DNA from: Tubiluchus corallicola
Lineage: Eukaryota; Animalia; Priapulida
Length of the DNA stretch: 64,000 nt
NCBI GenBank assembly: GCA_030141605.1
Contig: JAQGDQ010000124.1
Span: 372,001-436,000 of the forward strand
Direction: 5' to 3'
In this document: piece by piece, positions 55,101-64,000 of the stretch
Numbering within the stretch: position 1 is the first letter of the stretch
Layout: each line of letters starts with the position of its first letter
Notes under the pieces: model-generated
What the model saw: only the letters and a program-made list of their open reading frames with translations
Told to the model about the DNA's origin: nothing
Databases searched by the model: none
Program-made: the position numbers and the translations under genes

Positions 55101-58100
55101 CTGTCAGCAACCACAGTCGTGCTCGTTAGAGAATGATTTCAAATACCACCAACTATAACGCCGGAAATGAACAGATATTTGCAGGTATCCTAGTAACATT
55201 CATCTTCACACCATATCTTATGATCTCTACCAGTGCTTAAGTTGCAAATAACTGGTCACGAATGTAATTAACCAGACGTGTAATACATTATTCATTATAT
55301 AACTGGCTTCAGTGACACAATTTATTTTATAATAAACTACTAGAGGTGGCGTCCAACTGCCAAAGCATGAGCTGCAAGCAACTAAGGACCACATTAAATT
55401 GTGCCGAAGAAATAATTTAATGTTGTGAAGAAACTGTTGTAGTTTGGTTTTTATTGAGACATTTCGCAGTTATTGTTTTTGTGTCTTTGACAACATTTGC
55501 ACACTTAGAACAGAATAATACCATGCGCTAGGAACATATACAAGGGGAATTTTTCGGCTGCAGAATTTACCAATGCGCAATGCAGAAAATTTAACATCAT
55601 ATTTGATCAAACAGAAGGTTCGTGGTTTGTGATTGGTTAACTAATGCCCATTAAAGTTCAGGTGCATCCAGTAATCAATCTAAATAAACAGGACTCACGA
55701 TAGATGAGCTACTGTAGTCCTTTCTCCAAAACACCGAATTAGTTTGTCAGTTGGGAAACAGCCAAACACTGAGGCAAATTTGGACCTTGAAACCCTCTCC
55801 TTAAATCCGGATTCCTACAATTATGTGGGGATCATTTTAGTATAAAACCGACAGCACATCTTGCTAATAGTTTATTGCATCCAACCTCAATTACAAACGA
55901 CGTTAGTGTGCATGCATAGTTGGATAACCCACATCCAATCGGTCATCTTGGCCTGCGCGGCTGTGCCTGGAAGAGTTATGCAGTTGATCAATAGAAGCAA
56001 CCAAAGGCTGTGTATTGCCACGCTGGAACACCATAAAATTCGCTTCAAGGTCATCGCTTCACAGTACGTAATATCGATTACAGACAGCGCTATGAATCTG
56101 CTACTTCAAGATGAAACCATGTTTGAGGATTTCTTCTTGATCTATTTCGTCTGATTTAATTGAACAGAACGTTTCATAAGTGGTTTGTCCAAGACAGAAG
56201 AATAAATACTGTTTCCACTGAACAATTTAACCTTGTAGGAGTACCCCTTCACGTACGGGTTTGTGGAAATTAATTGCACACAAATATTTTTGTTTTTTTC
56301 CTGAACCTGTATGTTTTGTAGCATTCCAGAAAAACTCCCCTTCCATGAATTGGCTTTGGGGAAAATTTTAGGGTCATCCCACTGATTAGCCCTAGCAACC
56401 ATGTCATTACCTGCCTTTTTATGAGCATCTAATGCTGTCTAGCCCCGGTTACTACCATACGTGGCTAATAATATAAAGTGTTATTCTCATAAACTGGATA
56501 ATCTAAAGTGTTTTTCTCATAAACTGGTTGTCATGGTTATTGTTTATATTAGCAACAGCGTTAATATTATATATTAGCAACAGCGTTAATAAGAATATTA
56601 GATTGAAAAATAGTTTTTCGAAGCCTCAGATTGCACAATTATACGAACTGCCAACATGCAAGAGAGGCAGCAGTTACCATTGCAATGATGTGAAAATTGT
56701 TTACCTTGGTAACTGAGAAATAACGATTGTAGCAGAAAGTTTTAAATAGTCTTTGCGAGCTCTAGTTATCAAAATATTGGTGGTTTTTTTATTCCCAAAA
56801 CCATCCTAAACTTGCAATCAGGAAAAATGCGCAATTACTACAAGAATTGAATGCAAAATGGTGTATAAATGCACGTATCCAACAACTTTAACTGATGATA
56901 CGGCTGGCTGCGGACAGATTCCTCTTCTGCATCATTTCTTTATTTCTATTGTTCAAGAAATGGCTTCGTCACAGCTGCGTGAAAGCACACAAGAAGAAAT
57001 CGCCAGTTTGCAAGCTCTTTTATCATCCAGCCCTTCCCTACTACTGGTGATGCTAAAACAAGTGTTGATTCTTCAACGGGTATCTAAATGTAGCGAAGTT
57101 TGCTCTTTTAATAAGCTCTTGTGCAGACTCTTCAATAGGTGGTTAATTATCAGTGTAGAACCAGAAATCTACAATGACCTGTGACGACACAGACAATACA
57201 TCTACATCTTTATCAGGAATCGTTTTCTATTTTTTTAGATAAGCTCGCAATAATAACACAGATTCATGCAAAATAAAGAAATTATAGCGATGCACACAAA
57301 CGTGTCGAGGCCTTAGGCACAGATGCATGCATGTAAAGTTCATTTTCGCAGCGCTTCATTCACTGACACTGGCGCTGCCAGTACATGTACATTATAAACA
57401 AGGAAATGTCTATGCAAGTCACAGAGCTAATAAATTACAGATGATATGAACGATTTGCAGTGCTTAGGAGTTGAGCCAAACACAATCAGTAGAAACATTT
57501 CGATTTGTTTCAAGATATTCATCATCAGATTTTAATGCACTAGACATAAAATATAAATTGTTTGCAAAAACGACTAAATTACTAGCTGTAAATTACATCC
57601 ACTTACGTAAGTTACTAAGTCTATGCAGAAGAGCACATTAGAAGAACAAACTTCTAATGTTACATCTGAAAATTTGTTCAAGAATTAAGTTTTTCTTTAC
57701 CAGTTTAGTCAGCGGCTGTAGCACCTCACTAGACGAATAATGCCTAGCTCCTGACATTATATCGGAATTAGCCACTTGTTCAAACATTTAAAATGAAAAA
57801 AACGAAGAAGAAGACCCTTATATTTAGTCAGTTTATTGCAGCTAGCCCTAAAATAAGTGAGGTCGTCATTTTGTTGTCAGTTCGTAATCGTAAACGCCAT
57901 TACCAAGATAAACAATAACCATGGTAACTATTCACGAGAGTAACGTTTTATATTATTAATCATATATGAAGACCTACGCTAGAGGGTATTAGATGCTCAT
58001 AAAAAAAGTCAGTAATAACATGGTCACTAAGGCTGATATGTGTGGGATGGTCTTAAAATTCATCTGGACTTAAAAAAAATTTCCCCAAGGTCCATTCAAT

Positions 58101-58337
58101 AGGAAATTTTTCTGAACTACTACAAAACATACACAGGATTGAGAAAAAAAGTCAGAACAAAACATTTGTGTTGCGATTATCCCAAAACGATGATTCCCTG
58201 ATCAGCCTAATGGCTTTGTATTGTAAGAACAAAATTTAATGTTCTCGAAATTGTGATATTTTCAGCAGCGAAGAACTTGCAACAATTTATCGCGAATAGT
58301 GGTTCCATGAGTACATAATAAAGGCTAAGAAGTATGT

Positions 58338-58400
58338 CTCTCTCTCTCACACACACGCACGCGCGCGCGCGCACGCACGCACGCACACACACACACACAC
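58338..58400. repeat. Compound (TC)(AC)(GC)(ACGC)(AC) microsatellite
   Basis: Directly visible. Confidence 0.92.
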
Positions 58401-60519
58401 AAGTAAGAAAGTAAGATTTTTTTCTTTTAAAGAGGCAAAAAAGACAATGTTAGTTGCAGAGCAAACATTAAAAAAGAATTAAAAAGTGCAAAAAGTATTT
58501 TACTTGAAAAGACAAGGCAGATTTTTTATGTTGTTTCAAGGCATCAGCAATTCGGAATACGTGCACCCCACTTTTGCAGAATATTAGCTACCAGCTGGCC
58601 TAGTTTCTCCTTAAATTTTAGATTTTTTTTCTCTATTCCGTTATACATGTATTACATTTACAAGGTCAAGTTAGACTGAGGATACAATATCACGTAAAAG
58701 GCTGTTTTAGCGGTAAAAATGTTTTTTGTATTGTTGAAAAGGGGAGAAGGAGGTTTTTTCCAACTTTTTACCAATTGTTGCTCTTTTCAGACGCAATTAG
58801 GAGGCTTGTCTACAGTCACCTGGGAGAGAAGTGAGAGCCTAACTGGGCCATATAACGCTGGGAGGGCAAGGCAAAAGACAGGAATCATACAGGGCGGTTG
58901 AACAGACAGCATTAGCGCAGACCTGTTTGCTGAACTCAGGGGGTAGGGGTAACAACAGCTTGAACTGGACAATATGCACGGTTATAATGCCGGTTCAATA
59001 CAACTATGTAGGCGTATCACGGGGATTAAAACATTTTTGTACAGAAACATCACCGCTAATACAGGCATTACGGCAGCCAGGGACCCCAGCCAGACAGTTT
59101 TTTTCGCCAGCAGAGTTTGAGAAGATATGGCCGTGGCTCCATGCAGAATTTTAAATTCCACAGACCTGCACAAGCTGATTACCTGAAAATCGCAACGTTT
59201 GCTTCGCGTATTGTATACTGACGATTGCCAATGATACTTATGTTTTAGCGATTAACTTGCAATCTCTAAGAACTGAAAATGCACGCTCAAAATTACAATT
59301 ATAGGTGACAATACTAATATTACACGACAATACTAATGAACTTACTAAAAGAATATTTAATATTATTTTTTTTATTTTTGTGTATTATTAACCGGAGTGC
59401 ATTTTTACCAAAAAAGTTCTTTTCCTTGAAAACAAGGCCTATCTAACAGGCAATAAAGTGCTGACCCAAATTTATAGCCCTAAACTCCCATATTAATTTC
59501 TCCTTTATTAAATGCAAAAAAGATGTTATGCTCGTTATGAAGGTAATTTTTCTTTAAAGAACATCTGTGGCGTACTACAACATGTTTAAACAAATAAAAC
59601 ATGTGTTTAAGTTAACACCTGTTTAACGTCAAAATTATCGAATATCTCAATAAACCCAGATACCAAACTGATGTTTTCTGTGGCAGATGCGCTTTACAAC
59701 ATGTACAAAGTTTTCCCCCGTGTGGCAACAGTTCGCTTGCAAAACACAATATCAAAATGACAACTATTCGTGGTTTATATAAAACAAGCTAGCATTAGCT
59801 TTCTGAACCCAGCCTTCGCATAAATTTGCAGCGAAAAATAAAAAGCGGAAAATGTTTTTCTAAATCTAAGTAATTAGATGATCGCACATACACGTTAACA
59901 TGTATGATACAGTCTTACAATATGCATGTACGACTCACTACAAAATCAAAAACGTTAGCTGGATGGACATTTAAAATTAACACACAATAGATGGTTAATT
60001 GACCAAGCATTAATGCCAACTTGAGTCGGAATAAGACAAAAATCAGCAAACTCTGGTCAATTAATTTTTACTTACAAACAACAACAACATTGAACACCAC
60101 AAATTCATATTTAAGAATTTGAGACTTATTAATTCCTAAATTCATGCACAACAAGGCAAAACCTTATCTTAGTCATCTAGATGCAAATACAAATTACTTA
60201 AGAAGTAGAAATTTTATATAGTTTATTGAACATACAACATAAAGAAACCAAAAAAACACATTGATCCTGTACATAGAAAAGAACAGCTCAAACGTTGTAG
60301 GGACAATAATACCAAAAAAACATCATACTAACAATACTATCAAACATACTAACAATATTAATCAACATTATACTTTTATAAATAGACACAAAAAATGGGT
60401 TTATAAACAAAAAAACGTGCACAATAATATTATCACTAAAAAGGGAAGCACCTTCGTATTTAGACAGAGATGTTCTGGTTTATTTCTTCAACATATACAT
60501 TGAGATATATTGACAATCT

Positions 60520-60660
60520 ACATCTAAGATACCAAAAACCAAGTGTGCAACATTTGCGGATAGAGCCTTCAGTGTTTGTGGAGCATTTTTATGGAACCAG
60601 CTGCCCATGAATCCACAAATGTTACAGAATTTAAGAAACTACTCATCTGTTTCAGCAAGT
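60520..60660 (+). mobile_element. CR1/L2-group LINE 3' ORF2 remnant
   Basis: Translates IPKTKCATFADRAFSVCGAFLWNQLP, then FKKLL in a shifted frame, matching the L2/CR1 C-terminal DRAFS.....LWN.LP...FK..L motif; AATAAA near 60841. Confidence 0.75.
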
Positions 60661-62410
60661 ATTAATAGTTTATCAATTATCCTTCTATGCAAAAACTTTT
60701 TACTAGCCTGACAATGTAATTTTTACTGATGATTCTTCTTGTGATTTTGTGCTCCTTGTGGTGATTTAGGTGATTTTCTTTTATTTTGTGCAGCACCAGT
60801 GATAATATTTTAATACTGTGATGCCAGAGTGCTTATGAATAATAAACTATAACTGCCTATAACTGTAACTGCACCTGAACGCATTCAGCGGCTTGCCAAA
60901 TACAACGCCGTGCTACTTTCATCATATTGTTAATAATATACTTTGTTAAAAGTGTTATTTTGTCTTTGATGTTTTCAAATTTATTTAAACAGATCGCTAC
61001 AAAACACATGACATCAAAAATAAACAATTTGTAAATTAGTGTGAGGCTCGTATATATGACAATTTTCATGATCGCCAAGAGAGCGAAAACACAAAGCAAA
61101 CCGTGCTTCAAAGGACAAAAATTAATTTCCGTTAATTTACTAGCAAAAGTAAAAAAAGGGGGTTTATTATTTCTAAACCTCAGCGGAATTTCACTATAAG
61201 GTTCTATAAAGTACAATGTTAAAAGTTTTTGCGGTGTGACGCTTAGGAACGTTCCATGTTTAATAAAGCTACATGCATATTATATTCACTATTTTCAGCT
61301 GGTGTTTTTATCTAAATTAAGATAAGATAAATTAACGGTAACTTGCCTTGCTTTCATACAAAGGGTCTTGAATAAGTGCAAGAAACGTCATTCACAACTT
61401 AATGTTGTCAAGGAACTTCTAATTAAGTCACAATATTAATTCAATATCAAATTAATAAGTGAAAAATTATGGAGTCCCTATGCTGAAATTTATGTAATTG
61501 GCACTCTGTTGTAAAACTTGGCTGCACTGGAGGTCCGGCGAAAGGACGATCCCAGGACAATGGTCATTTTGGTTTCAATCATAAGTGGCATTAAAAATGG
61601 TAACTGTATCCGCTTCTGAAACTGGAGTTTTTTAGGAACATTTTACAGGGTCAAATTAACGACGAAAAATTGTTTTAAATTACATTCCAAGTTCAAGGTC
61701 TCAGAAATGGCAGAGTTAAATATTAGGGAACTGGGAAACTTGTAATGTGATTTATATACAACTTAAGAATTTTATGCTTTTTACATAATAGTTCATATAA
61801 GGCATATAAAAGCATAATGTGTGAATCACAGACTCCGTACGGAAACACTCACAGAGAGGCATTCTATAATTTGTAACCCTTTATTATTTTAATTTTTTAT
61901 ACTAATTATATTGTAATCATTGAAAGTTTTCACAATAGCGTTTCTTCCTCGGAACTGCTGATACACATTTATTTATCTTTTTTTTCAATTAAAAACACAA
62001 TATTAATATTCAGTGCATCTACTGCTCCCCTGAAATTCTACACTGGAACTTGTTTTTTCTTCAGAACTGCTGATACGCTGCCGTTTCTCACTAATATTCT
62101 TGTTTATCTTTTTAAATGACTTCTTGCTGAGCTTATTAATGGATAATTCCTCGTCTTGTGTTGCGACAACGCGCGACGCCTCCGTGTACAAGAATAGAAA
62201 TGCGTGGGAGTTTGATATAAATTAAATTTGCAAAAGGAGAAAGGCTGATTATAACAACGGCGTTTGAGGATTAGCAAGTTGCGAGCAGAACTTGGCGGCG
62301 ATGAATTAAGATATTTCAATGTTTTTACTTTTTGAAGAATGCGATTTTCTAAAAAGTCGCGAAGATAAATGTAACAGCTTTAGAATTTGTAAACGACATA
62401 CGTCCCCGAA

Positions 62411-62560
62411 AGTTAAACAGTGCCGCGTCTTAATGTTAAATGTTTGGATGATTGTGGGGAAGTTAAGCAAAGCTGTGCCTTAGTATTAAATGTTTGGGTG
62501 AATGTGGGGAAGTTAAGCAGTGCTGCGCCTTAGCATTAAACGTTTGGGTGATTATGGGAA
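62411..62560. repeat. 3 x 50-bp minisatellite
   Basis: AGTTAA(A/G)CA starts at 62411, 62461, 62511. Confidence 0.9.
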
Positions 62561-63609
62561 ATGACTTATGGTGGGTTTCAGCTGCATGGCCTTTTGCTTT
62601 ATATATAAACACAAATTAATGTACTGCTCGAATGTTTAATGTACAATGAGATGGTTTTGGGTCCATGTCAAGATACGTGTATATATTACCTCTATGATAT
62701 GTATTATTTTATATGAAATTGTATTTGTAAAAGTGTGCTATAGTTTTTCTAGATAGGAGTATATTGCTGTAGCTAATATATATTTTTTTACTTTATTACT
62801 TGTTTTTTTATGCACCCCTACTGCACTCATAGTTTTAATTTTTTGCACCAGATGCATTTGCCTATTAGCAGTGTAGCCCAGGCAATCACTGAATGATATT
62901 TCACATTGTATAATGTATACTATTATTATTTTATGACAAATAAAGATTTATATATATATATATATATATATATGTATACTAGCTTTGGACGGGTATTGCT
63001 TTCACTGATGGAAGACTACCAAAGTATTCACATCCTAATATGACTAAGATACCTCTCAGCTCAGTGTTACAGTCTCATCTTAGAGGAATTAAGCTAGTTA
63101 GGCGCTGTGCCTATCACAATCATCCAATATTAGTTGAAATCCCGTTAAAAAATGCTGGATTACAGATCGAGGTGACACCAATTGCATTGAGAAATCCTTC
63201 AGCAGCTGATGTTTTGCTGAAAATGTGCTTTCTTCATCACATCCCGTTCTCAGTGACTTCAAATTCTGCTACTTTCCTGACATGCCCAATCTCCCATAAC
63301 ACATCAATCTCTGTGCAGCAAAACTGTGATTATAAATACGTTCTTCTAACCCTTTCTCAAAGCTGCTTCTTCAATCTGCATTTGTTAATTACAAAAGCTT
63401 CCAAGTCATACCCTATACTAATTCAGTCTCCCTGCATTGTGTAGTTCTTCTGTTCACAGTTGATTACAGTTTCAGCAGAACACAAACGTTGTCCACAATA
63501 TCCAATGCGGTTTATCAAAATCACGCATCTAACGACATCTTGCATTTATTAAAAAACTTAATAAATTTGATAACTGATGCCCCTAATTTTTATTCTTGAT
63601 GCGAAGTAA

Positions 63610-63756
63610 TGATTTAGAAGTAATTAAGCCATTTGTTGATTATGTTGAAAAAGTGTTTTTAAGACATGATGAACAATAAACTTTGATTTAGAAGTAATTA
63701 AGCCATTTGTTGATTATGTTGAAAAAGCGTTTTTAAGACATTATGAACAATAAACT
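63610..63756. repeat. Tandem duplication, 2 x 74 bp
   Basis: TGATTTAGAAGTAATTAAGCC at 63610 and 63684, with very few mismatches. Confidence 0.92.
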
Positions 63757-64000
63757 ATGTAATGATCATATCATTGAAAATGAGGCCATTAAAATCTATT
63801 TTAAACACTAACCATTAATCTCTTCATTTAAATGACTAAAAATAACTAACAGGAACGATTTTATAATATTTGTTTTATCAATAACTGTTTGTTTATCTAT
63901 AGTGTTGTTATATTTAAAGATTGAAATTGTATGTATGTCTTGTTTTTTGTATTTCTTGAATATTTGGCACTAATAAAAAATGTTAAATAAAATATTAAAT

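Noticed and set aside
63040-63444. 134-aa plus-strand ORF (also 44390-44764 and 56858-57184)
   Set aside because: No recognisable domain, no convincing splice context or partner exons; treated as chance ORFs or TE debris.

Overview
AT-rich animal (probably invertebrate) genomic DNA with spliceosomal introns; the taxon cannot be fixed from the sequence alone. Two convergent multi-exon genes were assembled by hand from splice signals and phase continuity. (1) Plus strand, ~826-16106: a divergent UNC93-like/MFSD11 membrane-protein gene whose first coding exon lies upstream of the window. Two of its junctions look broken: an AT instead of GT donor at 8988, and a degenerate exon at 12412 ending in TAG just before a GT. 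(2) Minus strand, 47742-20644: a complete protogenin-like receptor (signal peptide, 4 Ig, 5 FN3, TM, cytoplasmic tail ending DTVV; 21 coding exons, 3612 nt, about 1203 aa, all GT-AG). Introns and flanks hold a 3.6-kb 44-bp satellite apparently grown inside a tRNA-derived SINE, a 6x31-bp CCAAT array, piggyBac/Harbinger/hAT-type non-autonomous elements, a young 5'-truncated RTE LINE with a 14-bp TSD, and micro/minisatellites. The last ~16 kb is intergenic TE debris with no recognisable host gene. No CRISPR, rRNA or intact tRNA was seen. I found no clearly new biological system; the best leads are the broken or non-canonical splicing of the MFSD11-like gene, the CCAAT array in the same intron, the GATA-hairpin satellite, and a candidate protogenin micro-exon. 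Homology calls rest on recalled family motifs, not database searches.
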